Notes: generated by a model from the sequence alone, not told the origin. A stretch of DNA of 64,000 nucleotides from the human T2T-CHM13v2.0 reference genome, Homo sapiens (GCF_009914755.1 NC_060932.1), one strand, 5' to 3'. Numbered from the stretch's first letter, positions 14,694 through 38,416 are shown. Numbers and translations: made by a program.

Positions 14694-17600
14694 TATAGAT
14701 ATTATTTAAAAGGCACGTGTGCACACACAGAAACACTATCATGATGTAACTACTGGTGAAGGATGAGCCACTTTGAGAGGTCTTCAAATATATGTATCTG
14801 TATGTATACACACAGATATACATGTACATATATATATAATTGTTAAAAGATTACTGGTGATAAACCTCATGTAAATTTTGTCCTGTGATTTTGATTGAGG
14901 GTAAGAAACTTCAGCCATTCCCTGGAGCTGAATCCATCTAAATGCAGATTGATCCAAAGGTAGAGAGTTCTGGGGACAGTGCTCATTAGATGCAACACGC
15001 AGAAGGATAAGTGATGGCGGGTGCCCTTGCAGCAGGTTAGATATCACAATTGTTCTCAGACGCGTCCTTTCATTTGTTTCATTTATTCTTAGCCAGTCCT
15101 GACAGCGGCTATTAACAATGGACCTGATGATCTCAAGGAAACAAAGAGCATCTTTCCCGGTATTTCTTGGCAAAAATAAAAGGGGGGACTCTGAAAAGCC
15201 AGGCTTTGTCCTGCCTCTGAACCCATCACCATGGCCAGGGAGAGGGTGCGTTTGATTTCCAGGAATGAGAAGTGTGTTCATTCTGGTGGACAGGCACGGG
15301 TACAAATCCTGGACGAAACAGGATTATTATAGGAAGGGGCAGTGGTTTCCCAAAGAAGAGGTACGGACCATATCGAAACTGTATATCCCCACCATACAGG
15401 AATGGCAGGTAGTTCCTGCCATGGCCAGCAGGGGGAGAAAGTGGGGATTTTAGGCTGTCCTCTCATTGAGCTTGAATGGGTTCATCTTGGCTGTACCACA
15501 TTGCAGAAGCCTCTGTTTGCAGGGTAAACATTCTCCACAAAAAGTTTATATAGAATACATTTTATTATTCTTCTTATTAGCGGCTTTTGAAAGTTTAGAT
15601 CTGGAGGAAGTCCTTAGATGTCATTTAGGGATCGTCAGACTTTCCACCACTAAGGACCTCTTCTGTCCCCCACAGGGTATGTGTGTGCAGTGAAAGACGC
15701 TGGCTACCGAAAACATTGCATTTGTTAAATAATCACAAATTCAGTGTAATCAGTGTTAATTCACAGAATTATCCTAAGATACTGAATTTTAATAAACACA
15801 AACATATTTTAGATTTAATTTAAATTTTAATCTCAGAGAGGGTAAATGTGAAATTTCTATAAAGTTTTATGGAATATTAACAACAATGTAAAACAAACCT
15901 TTTGCTCATTACTGCTTATGTGAAATGGCTGGGATGAAAGCTCAAGGCCCCTAACTTTGAGTCTTGGGGATTTTTCTGTGCTGTTTGCTTTTCCAAAAGC
16001 CTAGTGTCTTGCACGTAGCATATGTTCCTTACATAGCTAATATTTTAGTTTAAAAAATATAAGTGTATGGTGCATAGATGTGTCCTTTTCACAGTGGTAC
16101 TAAGATTTTAAAAAATGTTTGTTTGTTGTTTCTCTCATTATCATAGCTAAGGTACTGAGAAGTTCTACAAGGAAAAAAGCTGCATCGCCAAACATATCTT
16201 GTCCTAGGATTCTTTTTGGGTAGAACAGCTGTTAGCATCTCACTGCACATTTGTCTCTCAGAGACTAGAGTATAGAAAATGCTACTCCAGTGATTGAAAT
16301 GGAAAGTTAGGAGCAATTTAAGTTCATGGAACCTAACTAAGCTGAATCTTGACTGACAATTTTTATCCTCTTTGTTTCCTGGAGGCCCCTCCCTGGTGCA
16401 AAATCATCTGCATTTCAACCTGAGCTCAGTCTGATATCCCAGCCATATAAGTAAAAGTACTAAAAAAAAAAAAAAAAAAAAAAGGTAGTTACTATGTGCT
16501 ATTTCAGCCTCATTCAGCTCATGGACTTACCAAATAAACATTCATGTCTCAGCACTGAAAGAGAAACTCACAGTCTGATGACAGTGGAGCCACCGCTTAT
16601 CGGAATTCCAGAAACTACCAGGGGCAGAAAAGCACATGTTAGCTTCCCTTTTGTGGCCAGTGAGCTGAATGGAGCGATACCACACCCCACGAGGTGCTGC
16701 CCTCTGCCTGTGACACAGCAGCACAGCCACCCAGGCCAAACAGTCTGAGGAAAAGCAGAGGTAGAGTGACCTCGAAGAATCATGCAGAGGTCTTCTAATG
16801 TGGGCAGAATCCCAGGAGAGAGCAATGGCCAGCCTATCCTGGCCATGACCACTCAACAAATATTTACTGAGCATTTTCTCTGGGCTGAGATCACAGGCTC
16901 CTGTGTTTCATGGAATCAAAAGACCAGTGTCAGCAAAGCACCTCCATGCAAAAAGTGACAATATTACACCATCTGTGCAGATCACAAACATAACATTTTA
17001 GTTATTAATTCTGCGCTGACTTCCTAAATTGGCATGACATATGCCATAGAAGACCTACTTCTGATTCTTATGGCCAAATACCTTCATCCTTATGTTCTGT
17101 AAATACCCCTCCTAGATCCCGCATGGAAGAATTGAGATGTCATAATGACACGGTGAGCCATCTGATCTTGGGGGTGGGTGGCAGGCTGAGAATGCCCGGA
17201 TTAAATTCAAATTTCTGAGCCAGAAGGAAATTTTAGGCCATGTTTCCCCACTTGGCCCCTGCCTGGGTAGTAAAAGTCACCTTAACTGTTTTCAGCTGTC
17301 AATAGAATTAGCTGTGACCTTGGTGATCTTTGAGCATGTTGTCCTCTTTTTATAGGGTGAATTTGTGCATTTGCTGGATAACTACTCATTTCCAGCAGAG
17401 GTAATACATCATCATGAAATACCATCTATATGAAAAGAATAAGGGTTGGCAGTGTGGGAACAGGAGGACCGTTGTCTTCTGAGCAGCCAGGGCAAGGAGT
17501 CTATTTTACTTCATGGCTTGGGAACAGATGTTCCATATGGCTGTTCCATTCAACAACACTATATAATGCATCATTTCTTAATGAATGATCCGCAGTCTCC

Positions 17601-20409
17601 ACTGTCCTCTAAATTGCCTTTGTCTGATGTCCAAATTAAATGTGATTGAACTTCTTAGTTTTGGCGTCTCACTGCTACTCAAGCAGCTAATGCCTGAGAT
17701 GTATCATCACTTCTAGAAGCAAATACTTCTAAGGTAAGCCATAAATTCCCAGTGTTTAATGCTGGTTATTGGATACTGGAGTGTTCCACAGATGCCAATA
17801 GGAATTTGTTAACATTTCTTAAAGATTGAAGAAAAATAGCTGCATAGCCTCACCATTACTTGTACATCTGGCCGAGATAGATGTCCTGCTTACATACAGC
17901 TTTCTTTTCTGTGGCATAAATGAAAGGACCATCTCCTTACAAGCACAACCTGTACAGCTGTGTAACATTGGAGTGAAAGAAAATCTATATAATGAATTTA
18001 GTTAATAAGAGAATGAATGGGGCTAGTTAAAATGTTGGGTACAGGGGCATGTTTTCTCTTAAAGAATGATGTGAAAAATTATTAGATAAAGAGTTCTAAG
18101 CTACTGGCAGACAAAAGAAATAGAGTTGAATTAGAAGGAAATGAACGGATGTGAATAAACTGCCTGGTGTAGTTTCAAAAATGAACTGTTTGATTACTCA
18201 CTGTGTTATGTTCTGAAAAACATGCCTGTTTGCTGAAGCACCATGCTCAGATGCAATTATTTGGAAAGGGAGATATAGCCTAGGCAAGAATGACAAGGAA
18301 TATTTATTTCTTGTGACATATTGCTGTTGGTAGACAACCATTCTGCCCAATTCCAATTAAGCTGATGCTGTTTGTGCCTAACATCTAGCCAGCAATGAAT
18401 CTGTCTTAGGAGCCGTAATGAGCATATGAATGAAAACAAATATTTGACATAATATATGGTAGAAGTCTCTCTGCAATATTTTCTTAAAAACACTGTGCAG
18501 CTTGCATACCATGGTTGAATTTCTTTTTAGGTTTAGGCAAACTTTGTTGTAGATATCAGCTGAGCTTAAGATGTTCAAATGGTGGTATTAGAGTTTTATA
18601 TCAAGCCCATAAATGAGCATTGCGGAGCTTCGAGCATTTCATTGGAAACTCCTTCACAGCCCCACTTAGAACGCACCTCTCAGGGTTCCTGTTGTCATGG
18701 TGATCAGCACCAACAAGCGCCCTCACTGTGCACTGTGGCTGTTCATGATAGGCCTCCAGGGCTCCACGTACACAGCCCAGCATCCTGATCTTGCTGGCTT
18801 GTTTCAGCCTTGTGACTTTGAGGCCATGATTACACTGGTCTTTTCCTTTCTATGTGTCTTCATTTTCCTATCTGGTCATTTTCTTATACTGGTTATTTAT
18901 AATACCTTGGGCAGGCCATGTAACCTTGCTGAGTCTCAGCTTCCTTGACTACAGAGTGGATGTAACATGTGCAAGAGCTCCCGGCTTGCTGTTAGGGTCA
19001 GAAGGCAGCAGAGTGAGAAAGTCAACTGCAGAGCACCACAGAAAAACAGCATGATGGCTATTACCTTTCTTTCCTTCCCAGCGTTGTGTAGAAGGCTTGC
19101 CATTTTGTCACGGTTTTGATTTCTTTCCAAATAAAAGTTTTCTCACTAAAAATGAAAAATCCTAACTCCCTAGTAGAGAAGCAGGTAATGATTATGCATG
19201 GTGGCTTGAAAGGAGGGGCCTTGAGTTCCTGATTAGAAGTCAGACTTATACTGCCTCTTTCCCTCTTCTTTGCCTTAGTTTTTGCATAGGGTCAATACAA
19301 GGCTTTTGTACCCTTGGAGCCCTGCACCCAGAGCATGGCCAAGCATGTTGGGAGCGGGCCACAGAAAGCAAAGCCAAGAAGAGGGAGGAATTAGCAGCAC
19401 AGCACCCCTACCTCCCTTCCTCCTGGTCAGCCAAGAGGGCTTTGTGGTTACAGGAGCCCTCATTCCCCACTTGCCAGTCCCCTCCCAGTCTGAGCCTGCC
19501 CCCTGGCCTGGAGGACAATTACATTTTTGTTGGGTCTTTATTAGTGTTGCTCCTTTTGCTCCAGCCCTCAAATCTAAACTGTTATCCCTGTGGTCTTGAG
19601 TGTAATTTTTGAAGTCATAATGATGCTTCTCCGCCTAACTCCCTCCAAAGCCTTCCCCTGGCCTCCTGCAGGCCCCTCCCGGGCACACACAGCCCCCATC
19701 ACACTGGCTTCCATCCACTCCTTCTGCATCCCAGGGCTTGTACTTGCTCCAGGACAGCCCTGCTCCAGCATGCTCCTCCCCTTGCTCAAGTCAGCTCCTC
19801 ATTCATTGGGTGCAGTTTATACCTCCACTCCTCTCAAGGGCGCTTGTCCCCCTCCCCATGCCCCTCTCTTCCCATCTGCTAGTCTCTATCACTGAATTCT
19901 GTTTCTGTCTTAACAGGGACCACAATTCTATAATTATGTATTTATTGGTTTACCTATGTATTATATCTCCTTTCTGAAGATCATATGTTTCCCAAGGGTG
20001 GGGATGATGCTCTTTTATTTGCCACTGTGCCTCACTTATTCCCTAGTATATAATAGGTGCTCATGACATAGTTTCTGGAGAGGGGAGGGAAGGAAAGAAG
20101 GTAAAAAAGACATGGGGGGAGGAGAAGGAGGGAAACAAAAAAGAGAGAGGAAGGAAACAACAAAAGAAGGAGAGAAGAAAGGAAAAATCGTGTAACAGTA
20201 AATGCTGTGAGGAACACTCTATTTTGTAGAGTGATGAGGAAGATATCATCAACCATCCATAAAGGAATAAGACATGGTCTTTGTAATCAATGTTTCATTA
20301 GAATTTGAAATTGTCTCTAAGGTTATCAGTAACCAACTCCTTAGTCTCATTACTTCTCCCAGTTTTTGAATTTCCATTAACAATTAACATTTAAAATAAT
20401 TTTTAAAAA

Positions 20410-22500
20410 TTTTATTCATTCATTCAATAATCATTGAGTATACATTATACACAAGTAGGATAGAGGGCAATTAAGAGAACAGAATCAGTAATCAGATTTT
20501 ATGCGTTCAAATTAATAGCTGTGTGACCTGAGTAGCTACCTCTCTGTGGCCTACTTTTCCTCTCTAGAAAGGAGATAATAATAGATCTACCTTATTATTG
20601 TGCTGTGAGGATTAAAGGAAGTCAGTGCAGGTGTTATCTGCTGAAGACAGAGTGGTTAACCTGGCGGACACTGCCCCTGCAGTGTCTCTGAGTCTGTGGT
20701 CTATGAAGGGGGACAGACTTTAAACACATTACCCATACAAACAGCTGTTTCATGGTCACCATAAGTGCTTTGAAAAGTTAAAGTGTACCATGAGGATACA
20801 GGTGTGTAACGAGGAGGATCCTAACCTAGTCTTGGGTGGAATTCTGGAAGCACTTTCCTGAGGAAGTCACATATAAGCTGAAAACTGGAATATGAGAAAA
20901 GTACCCCAAGCAAAAAGGGAGGCATGGGGGTGGGATTCAGAGCAAACACCCTGCATTTGGAAGGACCAGTGTCAGGAACTACTGTGTTTTACTGATTAAT
21001 TATAAGATGCATTTTCCATCACATTAAAAATCCCTGAAATGAAGACATGTCCTACAATTGATGACATCTGAAATTCACGGAATTTAAAAAAAAAAAAAAA
21101 AAAAAAAAGACCAGAAACATTGGAGAGCAGAAAGCGAGGGGGAAAATGACGGGGGTGATGCACAGGGGCCCACCGTGCAGAGCTGCATAGGGCAGATATG
21201 AATATCGGACTTTGTCCTATAAGCAATGGACAGTTTCAGAAAAGTTTTTGCAAATGAGTGCAATGAATAGATAAGTTTATTAAAATTTTCACTCTGTTGT
21301 GAGGAGAACAAATTGGAGGTGGAGAGAGTAGTAAAAGAAGGCTGTATGAGACTACAGTAATGGTGCATGTAGGAGATCATTGTAGCCTGGATTGGAGTGC
21401 TGAGCGTGGAGGTACAGAGAAGAAGATGACTCAAAAATGTTTAGTGAATAGAATAAACAAGATCTGATGATCAAGTGGATATTGGGATGAAGGTAAGATG
21501 CTTCAGGAATGACCAGAGGTCTTTTGCATATGTAAAAGATGCAATGCTGCTGAATGGAAAGCAGACCCTTTTCCCAAGATAAGGAACTCTGGAAGCAGTG
21601 CTGACTGGGGAGATGATTGTGAATTCAGTGTTGGACATGATTAATGAGAGGGCTTGTGTGGTATCTGGTTAGAGTAGTCATGTAGGCTGTTTAGAACATG
21701 TTTCTCCTGTTCTAAAGCTCAGGAGAAAATTCTGGAGTGGGAAAAATCAGGAACTCAAAGGCATAAAGAGGCAAATGCAAGCCATGGGAATGGAGGAGAA
21801 CTCTCAGAGAGAGCTTGTAGAAAGAAAAGAAGAATGAGTGCCTAGGTTTGAGCTGAGAGGAAGTTCAGTATTTGAATGTCATACAGCGCAAGACACCATT
21901 CTCCAACATGGAGAATGGTAGGAGGTAAACTAGATGTGGTGTTGCAGAAGCCAAAGGAACAGAAAGGATTTCAGGAAGGGTGGAGTCATCAACTCTATTT
22001 ACTGCTTCTGAGAAGCCAAGTAAGGTGAAGATTTAAAGGTATCCATTGGACATAATGACTTGAAAGTCATAGGAAGCCTTCACAAGAGCTGTGGTGGAGT
22101 CACATGGGTGGTTATGAAGATGCAGCGGGCTCAGAAGTAGGTAGGATGTGAGCAGAGGGAGAGATGGGGAAGATATTTGTATCTGGAGAGGCATGTAAAG
22201 ATCCAGAAGGCTTTTTTGTTGTTTTTCTATTTTCTTCTATTTTCTGACTTTGTCTTCCTCTTCATCTTCTTCTTCTTTTGTTGAAAATGGGAACACTAGG
22301 ATATCTCAATGCTAATAGCAAAGATCCAGTAAAGAGGGAGAATTGGAAGGTGTAGGAGAGGGAACAATTGATAACACCAAGCAGGTGAGATTGGTTAGGA
22401 CCCCGAGCCTGAGTGGAGGAAGTTGTTGCTTTTCTAAGAGCAAGAAGCTCTCTTTACAGTAATCAGGCACCTGTGCATGTGGCACCCCAAAGCTGAGAAG
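20410..22500 (-). mobile_element. Degenerate L2 LINE fragments (with MIR pieces)
   Basis: attcattcattcaata L2 tail; cttcctgaggaagt...aagctgaaa, gagactacagtaatggtgca, gaattcagtgttggacatg and gtatccattggac are L2-like tracts. Boundaries approximate. Confidence 0.6.
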
Positions 22501-23269
22501 TTCCCGAGGACTCTATTTTCCCAGTGAAGCAGGGCAAGTCTTTTTTTTTATATATATACTTTAAGTTTTATTGTACATATGCACAACGTGCAGGTTTGTT
22601 ACATATGTATACATGTGCCATGTTGGTGTGCTGCACCCGTTAACTCGTCATTTAGCATTAGGTATATCTCCTAATGCTATCCCTCCCCACTGCCCTCACC
22701 CCACAACAGGCCCCAGTGTGTGATGTTCCCCTTCCTGTGTCCATGTGTTCTCATTGTTCAATTCCCACCTATGAGTGAGAACATGCAGGGTTTGGTTTTT
22801 TGTCCTTGTGATACTTTGCTGAGAATGATGGTTTCCAGCTTCATCCATGTCCCTACAAAGGACATGAACTCATCATTTTTTATGGCTGCATAGTATTCCA
22901 TGGTGTATATGTGCCACATTTTCTTAATCCAGTCTATCATTGCTGGACATTTGGGTTGGTTCCAAGTCTTTGCTATTGTGAATAGTGCCGCAATAAACAT
23001 GCGTGTGCATGTGTCTTTATAGCAGCATGATTTATATACTTTGGGTATATACCCAGTAATGGGATGGCTGGGTCAAATGGTATTTCTAGTTCTAGATCCC
23101 TGAGGAATCGCCACACCAGCTTCCACAATGGTTGAACTAGTTTAGAGTCCCACCAACAGTGTAAAAGTCTTCCTATTTCTCCACACCCTCTCCAGCACCT
23201 GTTGTTTCCTGACTTTTTAATGATCGCCATTCTAACTGGTGTGAGATGGTATCTCATTGTGGTTTTGAT

Positions 23270-26602
<3,333 letters not shown>

Positions 26603-28022
26603 TGAAATTCTGGGTTGAAAATTCTTTCCTTTAAGAATGTTGAATATTGGCCCCCACTCTCTTCTGGCTTGTATAGTTTCTGCCAAGAGATCCGCTGTTA
26701 GTCTGATGGGCTTCCCTTTGTGGGTAACCCAACCTTTCTCTCTGGCTGCCCTTAACATTTTTTCCTTCATTTCAACTTTGGTGAATCTGACAATTATGTG
26801 TCTTTGAGTTGCTCTTCTCGTGGAGTATCTTTGTGGCATTCTCTCTATTTCCTGAATTTGAACGTTGGCCTGCCTCGCTATATTGCAGAAGTTCTCCTGG
26901 ATAATATTCTGAAGAGTGTTTTCCAACTTGGTTCCATTCTCTCCATCACTTTCAGGTACACCAATCAGATGTAGATTTGGTCTTTTCACATAGTCCCATA
27001 CTTCTTGGAGGCTTTGTTCATTTCTTTTTTTATTCTTTTTTCTCTAAACTTCTCTTCTTGCTTCATTTCATTCATTTCATTTTTCATCGCTGATACCCTT
27101 TCTTCCAGTTGATCGCATCAGCTACTGAGGCTTGTGCATTCATCACATAGTTCTCGTGCCTTGGTTTTCAGCTCCATCAGGTCCTTTAAGGACTTCTCTG
27201 CATAGGTCATTCTAGTTAGCCATTCGTCTAATTTTTTTTTCAAGGTTTTTAACTTCTTTGCCATTGGTTCTAACTTCCTCCTTTAGCTCGGAGTAGTTGA
27301 TCTTCTGAAGCCTTCTTCTCTCAACTCGTCAAAGTCATTCTCCATCCAGCTTTGTTCCGTTGCTGGTGAGGAGCTGCATTCCTTTGGAGGAGGAGAGGTG
27401 CTGTGATTTTTAGAGTTTCCGGTTTTTCTGCTCTGTTTTTTCCCCATCTTTGTGGTTTTATCTACCTTTGGTTTTTGATGTCGGTGATGTACAGATAGGT
27501 TTTTGGTGTGGATGTCCTTTCTGTTTGTTAGTTTTCCTTCTAACAGTCAGGACCCTCAGCTGCAGGTCTGTTGGAGTTTGCTGGAAGTCCACTCCAGACC
27601 CTGTTTGCCTGGGTATCAGCAGCGGTGGCTGCAGAACAGCGGATATTGGTGAACCGCAAATGCTGCTGCCTGATCATTCCCCTGGAAGTTTTGTCTCAGA
27701 GGAGTACCCGGCCGTGTGACGTGTCAGTCCTCCCCTACTGGAGGGTGCCTCCCCGTTAGGCTACTCAGGGGTCAGGGACCCATTTGAGGAGGCAGTCTGC
27801 CCGTTCTCAGATCTCAAGCTGTGTGCTGGGAGAACCACTACTCTCTTCAAAGCTGTCAGACGGGGACATTTGAGTCTGCAGAGGTTATTGCTGCCTTTTG
27901 TTTGTCTGTGCCCTGCCCCCAGAGGTGGAGCCTACAGAGGCAGGCAGGCCTCCTTGAGCTGTGGTGGGCTCCACCCAGTTCGAGCTTCCCGGCTGCTTTG
28001 TTTACCTACTCAAGCCTTGTTA

Positions 28023-28205
28023 ATGGCAGGCACCCCTCCCCCAGCCTCGCTGCCGCCTTGCAGTTTGATCTCAGACTGCTGTGCTAGCAATGAGCAAGGC
28101 TCCGTGGGCGTAGGATGCTCCGAGCCAGGTGCAGGATATAATCTCTTGGTGTGCCGTTTGTTAAGCCCATTGGAAAAGCGCAGTATTAGGGTGGGAGTGA
28201 CCTGA
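28023..28205 (+). other. L1 ORF0 (antisense 5'UTR ORF), 60 aa, truncated by CGA>TGA
   Basis: ATG at 28023 gives MAGTPPPASLPPCSLISDCCASNEQGSVGVGCSEPGAGYNLLVCRLLSPLEKRSIRVGVT*, matching primate L1 ORF0. Confidence 0.8.
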
Positions 28206-28981
28206 TTTTCCTGGTGCCGTCTGTCACCCCTTTCTTTGACTAGGAAAGGGAATTCCTTGACCCCTTGCACTTCCCAGGTGAGGTGATGCCTCACCCTGCT
28301 TTGGCTCATGCATGGTGTGCTGCACCCACTGTCCTGCACCCACTGTCCGGCACTCCCCAGTGAGATGAACCCGGTACCTCAGTTGGTAATGCAGAAATCA
28401 CCCATCTTCTGCGTCGCTTCTGCTGGGAGCTGTAGACTGGAGCTGTTCCTATTCATCCATCTTGGCTCCACCCTCAGGGCAAGTCTTAAGAGTGAGATTA
28501 GACTAGGGTACAGAAGGGTTTTTAGGTAAGATGATACAGACGTGCATGGGCTTGAAATTGCCTTGGGGGAAACATTGAACGTGGAATGCTGTTTTAAGTG
28601 TTGGTAGGAGGGGTAATAATGAGTTTACAGTGACCTCTCTATTCTTGGGTAGTGTGATCCGCACTTCTCAGCTGCTCTGAAGCTGACATGGAAGAGGAAT
28701 ATTGTTGGAGTCATCCAGAGCTGGGATTTGATTAAAGGAGCTCAGTGTATGGCCAAGAGAAAGACTGAAGTGCCTGATTATGCATTCTTGGTTTAGAGGA
28801 AAGGAAAGGAAACTAGGACAGGCTTCACACATAAGGGGACATAGGTGTTGTTGACCTGTGAGGGCTGAGTAAGGAGGTAGACACATTACCAGTTACTGAC
28901 TAATATGAGCTAATGGAAAATGTGCAGCTGTCCATCTCCCTGAGCCCTAGCTCTGCAATTTGGTGTATAAAAAATAAAATA

Positions 28982-33879
<4,898 letters not shown>

Positions 33880-34767
33880 GGGAGAGTGATGCCTCCAGTG
33901 GGGTCAGAGGGAATGGGAACAAGAACACAGACAAGGAGCTCAGCTTTGAAAGAGGTACTCAATGGGACAGGTGGCATGTTTGCTTTTTGCTTAGTTTTTT
34001 TTCTCATGCCTTGCTCAGAGTCAGGCCAAAAATAAATGTCCAGTACGGATTCTATTAATGAAGAATAAATGAAGGAATTAATGGGCAAAGAGGGACAATG
34101 TTAGTAGAACTATTCTTACAAGAACTCATCTAGTTAGTCTTTGGTGTTTGACTAAAATCATAGTTCAGGCTACTGACCTGGAGGTATTACTGTAAAATCT
34201 GACTTTTACGTTATTTTGAAATTAACCTTTAATTTGAACCAATGTAAAACAATGATTCAAACTGAATCTCAATAATCCTTCACGTACCTTAAACTGTGGA
34301 TAGAATACATCTTTGCAGTTGAATAATGAAGTGTAGTGTTGAAAATGGAGGAGTTGAGGAGGTAAGTGTGGATCAATAGCAGAAAGGAAGCGTTGAATTC
34401 TTGCTCCAGGTGAAAGAATGAGGAGGAATAACTGGTCCTGCTACAGGTGCATCACATTGCTGGAGACTCCTCTTGGTGGAGGTACATCCTCACTAAAGTA
34501 TCATCACCCCTTTCCCTGCCACCCTGATTCATTTGCACTTACCCTTTCCAAAATTTCCTGTTTGCCTATGTGTTCATTGTCTCTATCAGCCCCCACCAAC
34601 TGTGTATGCTGAGGCTTATCTGATTAGTGCAGTCCTGTGGCCCAGCACCTAAACTAATGCCTGGTGCTAATAAGGGATTGAGAAATATTTGTTGATTTGA
34701 TTAAGATACTATTCCAATTCACTTGGAGTGTTTCCTACCTATGTGTGAGTTGTTGCTAGCTCTAGAG

Positions 34768-34930
34768 CAAAGCTTTGAAAATTTTAATGAGCATACAAAG
34801 CACCGAGATCTTGTTAAAATACAGATTCTGATTTAGTAGATCTGGGCTGGGTCTGAGAATCTGCATTTCTAACCAGCTCCCAGGCTCTGCCCCTGCTGAG
34901 GGCCCAGGGACCACAGTATGAGTGGCAAGG
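34768..34930. mobile_element. MER5A (hAT-Charlie MITE)
   Basis: cttgttaaaatacagattctg...ctgagaatctgcatttctaac...gggaccaca; 8-bp TSD ctctagag/ccctagag. Confidence 0.85.
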
Positions 34931-35084
34931 CCCTAGAGTGTAGTCGTTTCCCACATTTCAGACTGCAATATGGATGTTCCCTGGACTTGTTCTGGGGGTT
35001 CTTGAAAACTGAGCCATTCAAGTTTTGAGAATTTAAATAAAAAATATAGATTTAAAAAATATATTTAAACTAGATAAGAATAGA

Positions 35085-35220
35085 TAGGTTATTATCCACA
35101 TTTTATAGATGAAGTGGCTGAGGCACAGAGCAGTTAAATAACTTACCTCAGATCACAGAGCTAGTAGGTGGCAAAATATTTTAAATTCAGTTATTTTTAT
35201 TCTAAGTAAAATGCTGTCTC
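35085..35220 (-). mobile_element. MIR
   Basis: attttatagatgaagtggctgaggcacagagcagttaaataacttacc. Confidence 0.7.
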
Positions 35221-37074
35221 CTACATCGTGTTCTCACACTATTTGTGTATTCACTCATTCATTCTTCAGTGGTTTATAGAGTATCTTTTTTGGGGATTCA
35301 CTTTTGCTTAAACTACTATTTTGGATGTATGTTCTCATTCGTGGCAGCCCAAATTCCATCCTGTCTTTAAGACAGTTGAAAAGCAAATTCCTCCATCACA
35401 ATTTTCGTGCACTGCACTGTTCCCCAAACCCCATCCCTAGTGGGGAGGATACAGATATACAAGAAGAAAATTTATATTTAGGCTAATCTGGCAATGCCAA
35501 AGAAGATCCACTAATATACTGTCATTTGACTAAAAAAACATAATTATGAAACCTACTTTTTACCGGTAACACTAGCCATCCTTTTCAAACTCATCCTGCA
35601 GAGGGAATGAGTCATCAACATTTCGTCAGCCATTGCCAACTTCTGGCATTTTTCTACCTGCTTCAGAACACCACAGTTTGTTCTACCAAAGTAACTGCAC
35701 TGAGCATGTGCACCCCAGCTTTAGAGGGAGTATGATAATTAGGGATGCTGTGAAACTGACTGGCAGCTCTTTGTGCCAGTCTAATTCTAATGGAAGATGA
35801 CTGTTCAAAGCGGGTGGTGTAAGCACCTGTAGTCATTTTCTGTTATGATTGGTAGTAGTAAAAAAGCTTCCAGAAATATCCACGTGATTGAAATGCATGG
35901 ATTTAACACTCCTTCTGACCATCTCAGAACACCTGAACCCACACCAAAAACGTATGTAGTAGCGCATTCCACTCCTCAAAAGTCAATAAACCTATACGCA
36001 TAGAATTTTGAAACTCTAAGGCTTCTATACATCTCATGCTGATACCTGGGGTTCCTGTAAAGGATTTGGGCACAACGCAAGCTAGTTATGACCTTGAATG
36101 CTCTCACACTTCAAGCTATGAGGGTGACTCTGTTTAACGGAATTTTTTTGTTGAATTGCTCAGTAAAATTAAGAATAACTTTATAATATAAATAATCCAC
36201 TGCTCCATATCTATTTTCTCAGTCTTTTGTATTTTCCTTGATTTTCTTCAAGTGGGTAAATATGGCTATCTCTGTTATCAGATATGGCAGAGTATCAATA
36301 GTTTATGCTCAGAAATATGATACTCTAGGAAGTGTTGTAAAATGATAAACACTTCTAATTTAAATAATTTCTCCTTCAAAGAGCTCCAAGCACTTTATTG
36401 TATCTTTTATCTTTCATGGCCCTGTGGAGAATATGGCAATCATTTATCCTCATTTTACAGATGAAAAACTGAGATGAGTTAGCTAATATGGCAGGAATGC
36501 ATAGTTTCATAAAGAGCAATAAGCCCTTTTGTAGGTAAATTAAGCAGAGTGTCCAGCTGCGGCTGCCAGTTTCCACGGTGGCCTTCCCTGGCTCCCTTCT
36601 CCCATTCCTTCCTCCCCATCTGCAAGTTCCAGGATGGGTGTGTCTTCTGGCAGCTGAACTGTGTTCTCAGTTAAGTCTAATCCACTCCCTTTCTCTACTC
36701 TCATCAATGTTCAGTGTTGATGGATTGCAGTTCTTTATAGATGCTGCCAGATATTTGGGTGAATGCAGTACATTTAGAAGACAGGATCTTGAAGTATTAT
36801 TAAATAATACCCTGCTGGTGATTAGGGATAAAGTACGATTCTATAACCTATACATTCTTAGAAAACTTTTTTCTCAATAATGATCTATTTTTTATTTCAT
36901 TTGCTGCGCCTAAAACAAACATTTTATAAATTAACAGCTGATTAATGTAAACTATTGGATTCATTAACATCAATGAGAGAAATGGTTCTATGAGAACTTC
37001 AATATTAACATTTACTAATGTGAATATGCATGTTTATGCCCTTTGGTTTCTTACCAAGTTATAGGTATTTTTTG

Positions 37075-37395
37075 TACAGTATAGCACAAGAGATAGTGCT
37101 TAAGAATGTGGACTGTAGAATCAGATCTGGGTTCCCGTTCTAGTTCCACAACTTACTGTGGAATCTTGCACATATTCATTACCTTCTTGGAGGCTCAGTT
37201 TCCTGATTTGCAAAATGGAATTAACAATACCCAGCTTAGATTATTGTGAAGATTTATTTATTGATTGATTGATTTGTTTTTATTTTTTACACTACAACCA
37301 TGACAGATGAAGATTGTCGTGAAGATTAAATAAAGATAATGCGACGAAATACTTAGTGCAGAACCTGGCATGTAGTAAGTGTTCAACAAATGGTT
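37075..37395 (+). mobile_element. MIR
   Basis: ctcagtttcctgatttgcaaaatggaa...cttagtgcagaacctggcatgtagtaagtgttcaacaaatg. Confidence 0.75.
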
Positions 37396-37701
37396 GTTGA
37401 TGATGATGATGAAGAACAGCTGTGGAGATACGAAACACTCCTGTAGATATTTCTTAAAACATCCAAATAAAGTGTATATTGAAATCATCTTTTCCAAAAT
37501 GGTATCAGACTGATTTCGATATGTCAAACAAGGGTTACTGAGTGCTGCTTAGAATTGTGGTGCACATCTGGAATATGCTTGGTGATTACAATTCAGACTT
37601 AAAAGAGCTTGGTAGGAGCTACTCTCTGCAGCAGGAAATTGCAACCTGAGGGCAGACTACTTGTAGCAATACAATACTTTAAAGAAACTAAAACGTTTTT
37701 A

Positions 37702-38094
<393 letters not shown>

Positions 38095-38130
38095 TTATGG
38101 AAATGAAAAACATTTATAAAAGGTAAATTG

Positions 38131-38416
38131 GGCCGGGCTCTGTGGCTCACGCCTGTAATCTCAGCACTTTGGGAGGCTGAGGCCTGTGCATCACCAGGTC
38201 AAGAGATTGAGACCATCCTGGCCAACACGGTGAAACCCCATCTCTACTAAAAATACAAAAAATTAGCTGAGCGTGGTAGCGCATGCCTGTAGTCCCAGCT
38301 ACTCGGGAAGCTGAGGCAGGAGAATCCAGGGGCGGAGACTGCAGTGAGCCGAGATCACACCACTGCACTCCAGCCTGGGTGACAGAGCGAGATCCGTCTC
38401 AAAAAAAAAAAAAAAA
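38131..38416 (+). mobile_element. AluS (Sc-like) with small internal deletion
   Basis: ggtcaagagattgagaccatcctggcc; the gcttgaacc segment is missing; flanked by aggtaaat(t/c)gg. Confidence 0.9.

Noticed and set aside
16462-16483. Orphan poly(A) runs (also 21086-21108) as retrocopy tails
   Set aside because: No TSD and no recognisable upstream RNA body; treated as simple homopolymers.
35608-35614. AP-1 motif TGAGTCA in unique intronic sequence as an enhancer
   Set aside because: A single 7-mer is expected several times in 64 kb and cannot be supported without chromatin data.
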